The notes under the pieces were generated by a model. The model had not been told where the DNA came from and did not search any database. It was given only the letters and a program-made list of their open reading frames with translations. 41,095 nucleotides of DNA. Source: Catajapyx aquilonaris. Taxonomy: Eukaryota. Shown here one piece after another: positions 11,973 through 26,649 of this stretch (positions within the stretch are counted from its first letter, which is position 1; every line of letters starts with the position of its first letter). The stretch covers positions 1 through 41,095 of the forward strand of contig KZ538902.1 in the NCBI GenBank assembly GCA_000934665.2, in the 5' to 3' direction. A program made the position numbers and the translations under genes.

Positions 11973-14900
11973 TCTTCGCAATTTTCATTTGTTTTAGTGA
12001 GTGAATCATTTAGTAAAATATTGTTTTTGATTAAATTGCCTCTTATATTAGTTATAACGCTTTTTGAGCGTGAGCTCCAACGGCATGTAGCAACATGGTA
12101 GAATAAAAAAATGTGATATACTTTTGATACACATCCCGAATTCACAGATGTATAAACTCAGTTTTGTTTGTTTATTTCGGACGGAATATTATACGACAAT
12201 GAGATAAATATGTTTTAATTTCATGATCTTCATTTGCGGTGAATTGATCATATTGATCTCTTCAATGGGATCATCTGGCTAATTGAGGCCATATTTTTTC
12301 TACCAAATATTAAGTGTGGCAATATCTGCCTGTATACACACACTGTAACATGCCTATGCACGAGTCTATTCGCTTTAAAACATGGACATGTTTTCGGCAG
12401 TCAGATAAAACCTGGACCCTCCTCATTCTAATTCGTCATCCTGCATTTGATCCACGCAAACTTCCCAAAATCAAACCCGTGAAGGGCCCATTTCCATTCC
12501 ATTATTTCTGCAGCGAAGCCCTCTCCCAACTTTATTATTCAAGGTAGAATAAACCAGCATATACAGACGAATGGCGATTTTATTTACCCAGCAGCAGTCG
12601 CAAATCCTGATGCCTGCCTCCATTCAAATTCCATATGCGCACTGTCAGGGTAAATCCCTTAACACGAAGAAAGGGTTCGGATTAATATCAGTTGGCAGGC
12701 GGAGGAGTCTGAGGATTTCCTCTCCCTTACAAATCGAGAGACAGATCATGTCTGTTTCCACTTGGGGATTGAGGTAAACGTGACAGGAAAGGCGATATTC
12801 TTTGAAAAAGCCAGAGAAGTCTTAGTTTCCGTGTATACAGTATTGCCGTATTAATATGAAAATGTGTTTTTAATATTAAAGGCCGATGCAACGTGACATT
12901 TTGGAGCTGCCAAAATGGGTTAATAATCTGGAAATGAGTTTTGCAGATCAAATAACTAATCAAGTAATCTCGTGTCATGTTTCACGGAGTAATTTAAATG
13001 TAATTTTTCTATCATCGGAATATTAGCATGACAGGTAACATGAAGCTGCTGATTAGAGTGAAAAATCACTTTCACTCCTTATTTTATGATGTGGGAAGGG
13101 CCTTTCCACTTTCGGTGATTAATGGCATGGTTCTGGCGTTGTTGCCTTAGCTTTAATTACTCGCATGTTATGAGTAAGAATTTATAGTAAGTGATGAAGA
13201 AATAAGAATATATTGAAATGTCAATATTTGCACATATATTTGTTTAAACTTTTGTAGGAGTTTGGTTGCATTCAGTAAAAGTTATCAAAACATTCGCTGT
13301 TAATAGGTCAAATTTAATAAACGGCCCACCCACTTTGTGAATTGCACAGAATATGAACACTAACCTACCAGAATACTGATACGAAAGTAAACTTTCTCAT
13401 GCCCTCAAGCCTGCCCGAACCCCATCCTCGCCGTTATTATTTTTTTCACTTGAGACCTCAAGTCAGAAGTTGAGTAGACAAAAGGGTACAGTGCAGCAAA
13501 AGTGGTCTGGGCGTCTGGCGCAATATTTCGGACTGTACCCATTCTGTATTCTGTAATTTTTGGCTTTTTTGGAGACCAACATGCCGCACTACCGAACACC
13601 GAACTCGTAATTTAATTGGCTTTCCGAAGATGAAGCTGCCACAACTGAAATCTAGTCGATAGTTTAGTGAATTGACATAAGTGTCCGCAAGACAGTTATT
13701 AATAATGATGAGATCTTAGGAAACACGCGAATTATATTCACTTCGGTTATAAGCAGTGTATACTGTAGGAAAATTGGCTATAAATTTTATGTTCATCTCA
13801 GAGCAATATTATGAATCCGATATTCTGTGCAGTGTTGCCATGAGATTTAAGACGCTTTTGATATGGGGTTCTAATTTCTAATCTTATCATTCTATTTTCT
13901 CCCTGATTGTGGACCCTGTTAATCTTTTTCCCTTCGAGCTACTCATTTATCTCTGCCACCTCACACTATAACTCACTGGATCGAAAAGAGGATTAGCCCT
14001 CGAATATCCCGGCCTGCTTGATTTCGTCTCGAGAATTTTAAGCGAATTATACTTACTGAACTGGGAGTAAAGTAGAGCACCATCTGCTGAGATTCCTGAT
14101 CAAGGATATGGGTCAGGAGTGGGATAACGAAAGCCGCCATCATCTCTCTCCAGGGGGTCATCATATTATAACACCCACTCCTGTTCGGATAAATCACAGG
14201 AGATGGCTTCGAACATTTTCAGAAACACCCAGCGCAAATTATGGTCACTTATGACCTGTGGTGAATTTACTTTATTCAAATGTTACTCTCGGGAAGAACG
14301 AAGAAGTCGTGGTTACGTCACTAAGTCGTTCTTTTCTTTAGATACAATTTCAGAGCTAGCCGGAATGACCCATATCCGAGAGGGAGAATTCCCAGACTCC
14401 ACCATATACAGAGAGCTTTAATCGATGTAGGGAGCTACGGTGTTTGTGTTGGGCAGCAGTTTAATTAATAATTACACATATTGCAAATGATAGGCAATTT
14501 CTGGAAGATACTCGCAAGTAGAAGGGGTGTAATTTAGGTCCTCATTTCTGGAATTAATATTGCTTCAGCGAGCACAAATACAGCAGGCCTTGAGCGGACA
14601 TTAGAGGAATAATTATAGGCGCTGGAAGTTTACTGTAGAGAGTCAGGGGATGTTTATGCTTATACGCGATATGAAGGCCTATAAATATAATCATTACTGG
14701 TATTGTAATTATATGTTTTGAGGTTTTGCAGCCTAAAGTGGAGAGAATGGTAATTAACCTATATTAATAGCAACGTTGCTCTAATTCCGCATGACTTGAA
14801 TCCCTTCAAAAAATTGCATACTGCTCTTCGTTTCTGAAAACATGTCAGCGTGGATTTTTTTCCAACTGGTTTCATGGAACTGTGCGTAAGCATCGTAATT

Positions 14901-17900
14901 AGGAATAAGTGAGAAAGCAGTGCAAATTTACGATCGCATAGGGTGAAACTGTAGTAGGCGAGTTTTCAGAGAAATGGGTCGTTTAATGGAAATTTATCAG
15001 CACTCTGGATTTGGGTTGGCGTGTGGCAAATGACGTTTTCTTTTTCCTCCCACAGAGACGTTGACACAAACTATGATTGACACGCAAACCTCCAGCCACT
15101 TATAACATCGTCAATATCTAGGCGGGTTTTTTTCGCTTATGAAAGTCGCTTCTCCTTTCAATAATAAAGGTTGAAGAGGGTTGCATTTATGATAGTTTTT
15201 TCGAAGGAAAGTGTATTATATTGGCCATTTCTATGATGCTTCTCTGCGCAGCTGACTACATGTGAGCTTAGTTAGCCTTATGTAGCGGAAACTAGTCTAT
15301 TACGTATAATTTTTGCATTACGCTGTTTACATCCTTCACTGTATTCGAGTATGACAGTATCATAACACTGATTCAAGGTCCTGTTTTCCTGCAACTAATC
15401 AACGCCCCATTTTAGACAAGGACATTGTCATCCCATTATTAACTCATAAGATGCCTAGACTTTATAGTCCATCAACAGCCCGTCCATCTAAGATTAATCT
15501 GAAAACCACGAGTAAACTTTCACATGAAACTTCACAATCTGGCGCATCTGAGAAGAACCACGGAAAACGAGAATATTCATTAGGCAAGCCATGGAACCAA
15601 TCAACAAGGGAGCGTTAAATTAGAAGGCTGAGAGAAATGTGTGGCGGAAGCGTGTATAATCAAAGCTTTCCAGCCACAGTCCTGCCTTTTACGTAATTAA
15701 CCCGGTGATACTAAGTTACAAACATATTTGTCCGTAATTTTCTCTCAGGTCACTAATGCAATTATTTTCCTACTCTAAAAGTGGGATGATCATGTTAACT
15801 TTTGCCTCGGTTACACACATGAACCGCAGCAATTTGGTACAGTGCAAGCCTTTACAGTTTTTTGCTTCAACTCTTACAACACTAAGCAAAAATATTTACT
15901 AGCCTACATTCAGGGAAACTAAGGTCATATACGATAGGTGTAATTTTGATAATAGGCCTTGATTATTATGTAAATTATAGAAAGCTCTGCAATATGACTT
16001 GACATTTATCCCAACCAAACTCATTTGAGATAAAAATATTTTTAGCATTAATTTCAAAAACGTATCAAAATAATATTGGTCAATTTATCAACCGTTTCAT
16101 TGCATGGTAGTTAATCATGGATAATGGCGTTTGGTAATCGGTCACGGATGGGATCATAAGGCTCTGACAGGCAAAGCTTGAACACCACCCTCGCCGCAAT
16201 GCAATTTTGGCCCCGCGTCTGACTGGAAGTACGAATCATTTTAAATGTTTGCTTTGGGAGGAGAAACGGGAGGTTCGGGAATTAGTGCCATAACGGTGTG
16301 GGATATAACGCTGACACAAGATCCAAAACTGCGCCCTTAAATAAGAATAACTGCTACAATTATGTCACTGAAAATTCGATAAATTTAACAAACACCCTTA
16401 TTTACAGTACACACTGCTTGCTGATAGGCAAAAATACCTACATTTACTTTCATATACATTCTGACTAAAATTTTAAATAGCACATGCTTGCTACTAACCG
16501 TGGGTGGTACACTGCCAGGGGCAGTGCAAAAGAAGGGTGATGAAGTGTATAAGGATTTGTCCATCCTGTCAACAAGTTTAATGAGAGGCACGAACGTCGT
16601 TTCCAACTCGTTGTTGTCTTCAAAGGGGCTAATGAAGCAAACAATATATGTAACTTTGTCACTTGGAACCGCTCATCTCTGCTGGCACTGGAGACTGGTG
16701 TATAGTCTGCCACTCTATACGGTGAATTATCAGTACAGAAAACGTCAACATCCACAGCTTTGTTCTGAGTCTTCTGACAAATAACTATATAGGGATACCA
16801 AGACAAAGTAGCGTCTGGACATTGGACAAATCTCGCTCTTTTGAACGTTGACAGTCTTTTGTCATCTACACATGACAGGTCCTCTAATTGGCATTTCCTC
16901 TCCAGTCCTACTATTCACGGTGTTAATGACATTTGGTTTGAATAGAATCCTTTGTGACCCCTTCGTAACAAGAGTACGGTAGATTTGGCCAAGAAAGGTG
17001 CCCATCTAGAAACGGCCAATATGGTAGAGTTGAGCTCAACAACTTCCATCGTGATTTGCTGCATCAATTGGCCACCGGTGACCGCTCCAGATTTCAGCAT
17101 TGAAACACAGCAGAGACTATCGAAATTTCTTTTGCCCCCGCCTAAGATTAGATCACGGTCTGGATACGCTCGTGACCCGAATTTGGCATCCACCCGGAAG
17201 TAACTTAGAGTAAGCGTCGCGTCGTTCTCATCCTCGAAAAATATGACGAACGACACCTCCTCTGGAAGATGCACTCTGGCCCCTGCACCATCTTGCCTGA
17301 TAATATATCACTGGCTAGGAGTATATGCAAGGGGATTCGAGAGGAATTTTGGATGTAATATAGGATGCGTGGGTTTTTGATGTCCGGAATATACCGAGTG
17401 TTACTTTGTCCTGCGAAATGGTGGGCGGAAGGAGAATTAATGGATTAGTCACTCCTGGCGATGTAGATATTCGGTGACCATCTTGCCTCTGCCTTAGGTT
17501 ATTTTACGACCAAAATTGTACTTTTTATTTTTGTTTTTGTTTTTTTTTGCACAGGTGCTATGTGAAAAGTGGTTTGGTTTTAAACCATTTCCAAATATTT
17601 TTCACAACAAACAAACATTATATACAATTGTGCCAGGGGCAAATAACCTATCGATTCTCCCACCATGCCTTTTAACTGTTTCCTTGAACAAAGTTAACAC
17701 CCACTATATGTAGCCTATATCCGGGGGATGAGCAAGGCGAGGTACAGAAACTGTTATATGAAGGAAGTGGTTGTCAACCGAATCGTTTAAAGTGCAGGTC
17801 CACCGGTTTCTCGCCTGAAGAGACTTTGCTCGTTAGCGAATTTGTCGTCACCCTGATTTGTTCTGGGATTTAGTGTGTAAAGCCAAAGGACACTGCATGA

Positions 17901-20900
17901 TCTCGGGTACTTACATACTATAAATGGAGGCGCATACCGTAAGTTCAGTCGGTTCCGCTTGAAACTTATGAACGTGATCCATGAAGACTACACAAGCATG
18001 GGATATGAATTATTTTAATCCGCATAAATAACTTGACAATGCTTACAAATCTTACGAGAGAAAATTTATTATCGACAACAACAGAAGGCTATTCCACGGC
18101 GACCTGAGCCGTTTTGGCATCAGAGATAACCCCGACCGGGAATTTCCCGTAAGACAAAACTGTCTCATGGAATTCATTCCAGTCAATTCGGCCTGCTGGT
18201 TCGGGCCGTGGTAAAAATCTAGCCGAATTCCAGAAGTACCGTCTCTTCTATTAGCTTGACTTTGATCGTGGGACTTCCGTTTCTTATTAGAATATGTGAC
18301 GCCAGGAATGCGACCAAGTTTCACCGCTGTTCTCACAGGCATGTCGTTAATGAATTACTTCACCGTCGCCATTTATAACTGGATAACGAGATGAGAAACA
18401 ATGTAAACTCAAGCTAATTAACGACGACAGTCGTGACGATATCAACACACAGACTATACAGAAACGTCCTTTGCAATATTGGAAAAGACAGTACATAGCA
18501 CGCGGCAACAATGTGAATTACCAATTTCCTCCAACTTGACTTTTCCACTTCCATTTTTTGAACCATTCTACTTCCAGCACAATGGATGCCTTCCACAGGG
18601 CGAAACAGAAGAGACAGAGACATTTTCAAGAGTCTGCAAAGTTCCATGATCATTGCAAGTCGGTTTTTTTTTTCTGACGGGAAACAGCGGACAGGCTTTC
18701 AGATCACTTCCGCTCCTCCTTTTCAATTTTTTCCCAGAGGAGAAAACTTGCAAGATGCAAATAACAATATGGTGAAAATGAAACAATGCCTTATAGGTTT
18801 TAGACAAGAAACGGAAACTAGGAGAGATTCCCACAAACTCACCTTCAGACGACCTCCTCATAATTCAACTGCGCAATTATATAGTGTAGTATGAACTAGG
18901 TAAAGCATACAGAGTAATATTTTATCAATATTACACTTTACATTAACGGTGGCTGGGGTGAGTGTTGTATATTGTCTGGACGTGTGTTATACTGTAGCAA
19001 TGGGCTACATATCCCACTTTCTTACTTCCCATTCTTTCTTACCCGAAAACACGGAATCCTACACCAGTTTACGCCACGCATATAGTTATGAAACAATGGT
19101 ACTGCGCTACATGTGTGCACCTTTGAGAATATTTCGGTATAGCGCCAACTACTGTACTTCCATCCCTTTTCCTTCATCCCCTTTTGTTCTTTACATAAGT
19201 ATACCTCCCCTTGTTTCAAGCTATAGTTCTTGATTCGTTACCTGCTTGTGTGCCATAACCATGCTGTCCGCATCATCAATACGCGTACAGGCCGATAGTG
19301 GTCTGTCCTTGTGCGCAGTCCACGTCCTTTTCCGTATATGTTCGTTTGACCCTGCCACTAAACTGCGACACAATCTAGGATAGTACGTATTTACCTTGCA
19401 CACAATCATCCTGTTTGGAATCTCTTTGGATGCCTCTCACAGCAGCGCTTTTATGTCCTGTAACTAACGCATATATGTGGCTTGTTACTTCTGACTGATG
19501 CCAAGTGAGTGGTTGTGTAGCAACGCTAATGGGGGCCAGAAGAATCCTCTCGAGTCTAGACCTAGTGACTGATTATGGATTCAGTACAAAAATGAAGGAA
19601 GAATTATACAATTGGCATTTCAAGCAGGGTCACATGACCTGATATCAATGGGCAAGTGTAATTTGGAACATACTGTTCTGTACTAGATGACAATGCGATT
19701 TAAATACAATATAGATTATGCATTTAGCTTGCTTCACGTGTAATTACGTAAAAATACTATCCATTATGATTGGCCCTCACATGATTATGACCACAGATAC
19801 AGTATCACCAATCCTCCGAAATACATGCAGGTCTCAGATAATTACAAGAAAATAATATTGGTCACAAAAGGTCTTAATTATTTATTCAGATGAAAAAATC
19901 AACGGTTTGCTGCAATGCCCGTCATCAGTGTCAGCATTTCTGGAAAATATTGCCTCTAGCGCATTTCTGTCTTTTCTTTTTTTTGGACTTCATACTGTGG
20001 CAGCACCCACTCCATCTTAGCCTTCCCTGAAGAACTGCGTTGCACTTGTCAGCAGAAGTTCACAGACTCAGTAATGAGGCGAGACTAGCCTACTAACACG
20101 GATGTATCTAGCCGTGAAACGAGAATCTTCCGTGCTTCTATTAGTAAAGCAATTTAGCTGAGTAAGTCCAATTCCAAAACCAATGTGCAGTTCACGCCCA
20201 TAGTTACTCCTAATGAACCGCGAATTATTTATACAGTGTCTACAGAACATGACGTAAGACTGCTGCGAAGCATCATGTGCAACATTTCTGAAGTAAAATT
20301 ACGAAAAGAGTCCGGTTCTTACTAATTTGAAAATATGTGTCACAAGAAATTTTTGCAGTTAATCACCACAACATTTAGATTTAGAGGACTTGATTACTAA
20401 TACTACTGTAAAATCAGATGAAACGTGAAAGTAGTCGCATACTTATACCGGTATACACTGGTATTACGAAAATTCGCATTTGAAATTCGCGATTCTGGGT
20501 TTCAGTTTTAATCCTACATTATTAAGAAAAACTCATCACTAAAAATTAAGGAGATTCTTGGGAAAAGCAATATTTGAACAGGACTTTAATAAAAACATGA
20601 GTTACCGCGACATAAATCAAGGATCTCAATGTATACTCTTTTAGGATAAAATAATTACCAATAACCGTCAATAATAATTTTGCCTAGTTTTCTCTTCATA
20701 TTTCCCTGCAAGGTCGTTTTCTCTGGTTAAGTAGAGTTACACAATTTTTTCATTCTCTTGGGTCTACAAAGGACAACATAAAAGATAACCTTCCGGTGCA
20801 AAGGAGGCTGTCCAAGGAAACAACTTGGGAGAGGTAAAATGAAATCGACTGCTATTAGTTCAGAATCACGCCATTAACCCACAAACTAAAAGCAGTATCT

Positions 20901-21047
20901 TCCAGGCAAGAATTATACCCATAAAGACATCACAGATTACGTTAAAAAAAAGAAGTGGGTATGAGACTAGGCTACAGAAAATCGCCATTTGGTAAAACCA
21001 TTTCGCTAGACGATCTACGCTGCACTGCTTTATCGGGGGGAAACGTG

Positions 21048-21070
21048 GGGGGGGNNNNNNNNNNNGGGGG
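21048..21070. other. Assembly gap within a G run
   Basis: Ns flanked by poly-G. Confidence 0.95.
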
Positions 21071-22844
21071 AGCAGAGAGGGGGAACCTGATGAGTCCGTT
21101 TGTGTAATGTTCCGGTCGGTTCCACTTCCCTATACGTTATGGTTAGACTAATGCGGATGTTTCTAGAATTCAAAATTTCACCTCATTAAAGGGGATGGAA
21201 TTCATTCAACTTGCAAAAGAGGTCAGGAAGGGACAAAACGCGGGTTCATGTTTTCGTTACATTGAGATGTATCAAGTGTATCTTCCAGGAATATATTGTC
21301 AGTAATAAATAGCAGACTACTGCGCTATTACACAACATGCTGCTGAAATGATTCTAAGTTGGCTACTACCAGAAAGTACTAATACGATATGATGAGCAAA
21401 AATGTATTCTGACTATATGACGCCAAAACGATAATTTCAAATTGGGCAAAAATAATTTTAAAATTCGTAGGGTCTATTAATCGGCAGTTTTGACATATTT
21501 CTGCTCTTACTTTCGCGACATTTACGTCGTGGCGACAAACTCAAATATGTTATAACAATGGTGTTTACCATATTCACAATATATATTCTTACTCCTTGTA
21601 ATGTTCCTGCAATATTTTGTATGGAACTTACGTGACAGTACCGATTTTATGATGCTCACTCCTTTATTGCTATTGTCAATCGATATCAAGTTATTTGGCA
21701 AGGAATTGTATGTGACACCATGCAGCTGTGGCAAAGTATGAAGTGCATAAGAGCTCTCAAGTGGACTGTTCTCATGTCCATCATTTTCTGCCAATTTTCT
21801 GTAGGTCGTGTCATCTCTGCGACTGCTAACATTTGGTAGCCTGTAAACATTTATAGACCTTCCACTTCCATCAGGAATGTGGGTTATCACAAAGAGGCAT
21901 TCTGATGGTCCCCTGGTGAGCTAGAGTAACGTACGCGGGTATGGTGGTATGCTATCAAAGAAGGCTCACCTTTGATGTAGAGTGTAGACTATAAAGAAAA
22001 ACTAAATATTATGCCGTAACAAAACCAGTCAAAGACAGTATTTTACAAACATATCATATTGGCATATTTTATTCCTTATATTGAACACGAATGGATGAAA
22101 CCAACGTCCGCTGCCAGGTAATATTGATATGTCAACCCACTTTTCCCATTAAAAGTGGTTTACCAATACTTTTGTATTACAAGCCCACTAATGAGGTTGT
22201 TTCAAATGTTGAACGTAATCTAAGAACTACAGCACAAGCTATATCTGACCGCAAGAATTACCTATTTATGACCGCCATGTATAATTTCTAGCAATGTTTC
22301 TAAATATTTATAGAATTTTGTGTGCAGTGTAATTCCGAATAATTAAGAGTACCATTTACAAAAGAACTTTACAAATCATGTAAAGACGGATATTTGTAAT
22401 GCTTCCTTGACGCTATTTTGCAATATTGTGCCACCAGGAATTTAGAGGTGTTCCTATTGAAATTACATGAATAGTTAGCGATTCTTTGGCACTGAGCAGC
22501 TAATATATTTAAGCTGTTTCTTTGGTGTAATATTACTCTTAGTGGTTATCAAAAGTACAGAATTACCTGATATTAATAATAAGTTACGTGGGTTAGTCTT
22601 CATTACCTTGCAAGGGAATCAGGCATATATGCAAAATGAGTTCAGTTGACTTTCGATGCCACTTGCTCCATGATGGGCCATTCACAATTTATTTCAATAC
22701 TGATCTGGGATGGATTATTATTCCATTCGGCCTAAATGAGCAGAGTGTGAGCAGAGTTTTGATACCCACTAAAAGTAACTGCTTACAATAAATCGATTAG
22801 TACAAAAATAAATCGCTAACCACTCATTTAATTTCACTTGGACT

Positions 22845-23440
22845 CAGGGGCGGATTTACCCTTCCTGGGGCCCTGTGCGAAAATCCCTGTGAGGCCCCCT
22901 GTCATGTGATCCAACCCGCTGAAGTATTGCCATCTCAGTGGCGGTTCCAGGAAATTTTTCTGGGGGGGGGGGGGGGGGGNNNNNNNNNNNNNNNNNNNNN
23001 NNNNNNNNNNNNNNNNNNNNNNNNNNNNNNNNNNNNNNNNNNNNNNNNNNNNNNNNNNNNNNNNNNNNNNNNNNNNNNNNNNNNNNNNNNNNNNNNNNNN
23101 NNNNNNNNNNNNNNNNNNNNNNNNNNNNNNNNNNNNNNNNNNNNNNNNNNNNNNNGGGGGGGGGGGGGGGGGGCGCCCCCCCATAGCTCCCCCAGAGGGG
23201 GAAAAAAAGCCATCTAGCGACGTAGAATGTCACTTTATAATTTGAGTGACGAAGTAGAGTCAGTAAACGGACGTACCAATTCACCTTTAAAAAAAATCTC
23301 CTTCCTTTGCACGGGCAATCCACCTTGGCCGGCTTTTTCATTTATTTTATTATTTATTTACTTTTTACGTCCGCGTCGTTGGGCCCCATTTTCCGTTGGG
23401 CCCTGTGCGGCCGCACACTCCGCACATGCGTAAATCCGCC
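22845..23440. mobile_element. hAT-style MITE, apparently with a second nested element and an assembly gap
   Basis: Left end CAGGGGCGGATTTAC, right end GTAAATCCGCC (23430-23440); internal repeat GGGCCCTGTGCG near both ends; second hAT-like start CAGTGGCGGTTCCAGG at 22936 running into poly-G/N gap (22980-23155). No clean TSD. Confidence 0.55.
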
Positions 23441-24899
23441 AGCATCCTGTACATAACGAGCCATAACACTGATCACTATAGTATGATTGTTTCTCATTTT
23501 TTTAAAGCAGTTTTGCATGGAAGTAATCTAAACCCCGTCACCGTCACTTTATGAGCAATAAACTAATGTCATCGTCTCTTGATGGCATACTTCAGCAACC
23601 CTCTAATCTATAAATTATCTGAAACAGTTCTCAAAGCGTACACGGTCGCCTCGCAAGCGACAGAAACGAGCATGGGACATTAATCAATGAGATCTGACTG
23701 CATCTGTAGTGAGCAGCTGCTTAATAACCAACCGGCAAATATCTTGATAGAATTCGGCCTTATTACTTCGCCATTTATGATGAAGTGCTATCGACTGCTA
23801 TACAAGAGTGACGTGTCGACGGTGTCGTTATTGTGAAATAATTATGGGGAAGTGATTCAGAGCAAGAAACTACTGTCATTAATACGTTGCTTGTTCCCAA
23901 ACCGTTTATTGGCAAGTTTCAGACATTCACAGAAACAGTGTCAAAGCCAGACTGTAAGGCGCTGGGGGTGTAAGATGCCTGACTTTCTTATCTCAGAAAC
24001 AACAAGACGTAGCCTCTGAGAAGATAACACTTGCGCATAAAATAAACATCTTCAGAAACACGACTTCTCCCTCTAGTTAGTCTAGTACTTCGTCCGTCTA
24101 CACCTTACAGTGTAGGCATAAATGCTCTGTATACATATTACAAGTAGTGGCCACCTTTGTCATAGGTAACTATGGAAAAACTTGCCTGACAGAAAACCAT
24201 TATTTCACTCTTCATATTTGTCTTCGTCAAAAAATTACATATACTCTCTACATATTTTATGCCTTAAGAATTATTCTCAGGAAATGAAACAATTTACTCC
24301 AGACTTACGCAGCAATATTTCTTTTACGCTTTCTCACAATTCAACTGTGGAGAAACTCCGAAAACTGAGAGGAAACAAGTTTCAATTACGTCACTCGTGC
24401 CCAAGAGGCGCGGCTTGAGACCGGAAAAAGTACTGCCCGGATTTACTGCTTGAAAGATCCGGTGTAAGGAAGGGAAAAAAGTATAATATCCTAGCAGCTG
24501 GTGGTTAGAATATTATTATTGCTGTATCACAAATGAAATGGGCTGTCCGCTGCCTCATTATCCGAGTAGGACTGTCTAACATTTGCATAATCAAGCAATT
24601 GTCCTCCAGTGAAATGCTATACTGGACGCTTTATTATCTCTCCCTTTTGTACAATATAGCGAGCATAAAGTAGCCCTCTCAGTCGAGTTACATAATGGTG
24701 GAAGTAACTATTGTCATAATAACCTTAGAGCCGCATATTGCTTTTTGTGTAGAATTATAGCACTTTCATACATTTGTAACAACATGACTTAAGCAGATAC
24801 TGTAATTAGATTGTGTGATACCACCACATTGTTTTTAATGTTTTGTACAGTATTGTGTACAGAAATGTTCAACACTGATTTTCATTTTTTATGAAAACA

Positions 24900-25010
24900 A
24901 GAATTGTTTGACATTGTGTGAACTTACAGGTGGCAAAATCATCTACAATCTCATTAAAATTAATATTTTGCATTTTGTAGCACGTCCATTCGGCACTAAG
25001 ACCCACCCTC
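24900..25010 (-). pseudogene. Possible relic of a hAT transposase C-terminus
   Basis: Minus-strand peptide QNINFNEIVDDFATCK resembles the 'idfdeiiddFa.kk' ending that follows the hAT dimerisation domain; surrounding sequence decayed. Confidence 0.35.
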
Positions 25011-25723
25011 CAAGAGTTATATTCGGGCGCGACGCGGCAGGACAGTGCAAAATGACTCAAAGTGAAGCCAAGTCCTGCACACTCACGTGCTAATTCCGAT
25101 GCACATAGCATGTCGCATATCAATTTCTGCGTGTTTAATTTTTTCCAGATGACAGTCTGGTGAGCCATGTTTCACGAGCGTCTCTTTGAATGTGACATTA
25201 GGGAGGGAATGAACAGTTGTGGAATTCCCACGACAAGCCCCAGGCCATGAAGGCTTTATACCAGTAGTCAAGGCTTTAAAAAGATAGGTGTGCCCGGTAG
25301 GACGAAGAGGAATTCGGCAAAAACTTATTCTCTCATTTTTCTTTTCCTCTCCCAGCACTTTAATCAAATATCCCATTCTTCTCTCGTTAATGTCTCACAG
25401 GCTTTAATTTGATGAATAAGTTTTACCCCCAAAAACTTTTTGCTAGAAAGCAATGACATAACTTTGGATGACGTCCGAGTGTAAGAGGACATCCCTTTAA
25501 AAGTTTTTCTCGAGCGTTTTGCGTGACGGATATTCATTCGTTCGGTGGAATTTTCGCTGCCTTTGTCGACCCATGCTGATGGTTTGTTCTTGGTTAACGA
25601 ACTGACGGTTCAACGCTTCTGATAGACGGTGACTGTGTTGGAGTGTGCACCACAGCGTCGAACACGCCACACATATTCACCGACACTGCTGCTGGTTACT
25701 GAAGCATTCATTACCGGTTTGAG

Positions 25724-25757
25724 CCCCCCCCCCNNCCCCCCCCCCCCCACCCCCCTC
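25724..25757. other. Poly-C run with small assembly gap
   Basis: C homopolymer interrupted by NN. Confidence 0.9.
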
Positions 25758-26018
25758 CAATGTTACATACCTGTCAGATTTGGCATATATTGGTAGATGT
25801 AAGCGATGCTGTAATCGCTACATATTGACGTACCTGCCAATGGATAAGGCAATCAATTTTGCCATTTTACGCCACGAGCTATGCAAATGCACATCTCTCT
25901 CCGGCACTGTTAACACTATTATTAGACCAACAAGTGTTGAAATTAGGATAATCGCATCGGCAACCAATATAACTGCATGTATCGCAATGGCTATAAAACA
26001 AGTCGCGCTTGGTTTCAG

Positions 26019-26190
26019 GTCATAGATGGCAACTCCGTGATGGATAGAGGCGACTCTGGGGAATACAAGGCCGAAATCGATGGATTACGGATGGCAACCA
26101 ACTACACATTTCAAGTCACACCCACGCCACACTCGCAGGGTCTCCGAGCCAGAGCCCTAGGAAGGATAATCACTGTCCAGACTAAAGGAT
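26019..26190 (+). CDS. Coding exon 3: C-terminal half of FN3 domain (VIDGNSVMDRGDSGEYKAEIDGLRMATNYTFQV...ITVQTKG)
   Basis: Acceptor TTTCAG/ phase 0; FN3 signature IDGLRMATNYTFQV (i.gL.p.t.Y.f.V); donor T/GTGAGT phase 1. Confidence 0.93.
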
Positions 26191-26649
26191 GTGAGTAACT
26201 ATTGACCTTTTTGCAGAAACCGGACAAATAAAACTCTCTTTCCCCTACCAACGTTATCCCAGGAGGACCTTCCCATTGTCAGCCAACTCGGTCTTGGGAA
26301 CTGATTTCGAAGCTATTTTATGGTCGGAAATTGCCAGAAGGAAGTGAAGTCACGGGAGGGGAGAAAAGAGCGCTTTTTCTGGAGAAAGATCACAGAATGT
26401 TATGAACAGGTTCTTTGCCCCCTATTCACGTCGACACCAGCTGGGCTTCTTTTATAGCCGTTCATTGCATTGGGCTATCGTTCGGATGACCCTTTTGGCA
26501 TCCCACCCACATCCGCGGGGTATTACCACAGAATCGTGCAGATGTTCCTTCACTAGAACGACTCGTAAAAAAAAGTCATCTATCATTGGATAGTACAGTA
26601 GAAAAGTGCTTGCCAGATATGCTTATAAAGTGCCTGAATTTTTTGACAG

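Noticed and set aside
9827..14871. Grainy head-like AACTGGTT sites (9827, 14864)
   Set aside because: Number is about what chance predicts in 41 kb.
16385..19409. Cluster of 60-120 aa ORFs on both strands in intron 2
   Set aside because: No domain similarity, no phase-consistent exon chain found.
21086..21112. CTGATGAG hammerhead-ribozyme-like core
   Set aside because: No stem II closing into GAAA and no stem III/cleavage triplet found.
22834..23341. Pro/Gly-rich ORFs
   Set aside because: Artefacts of poly-G runs and the N gap.
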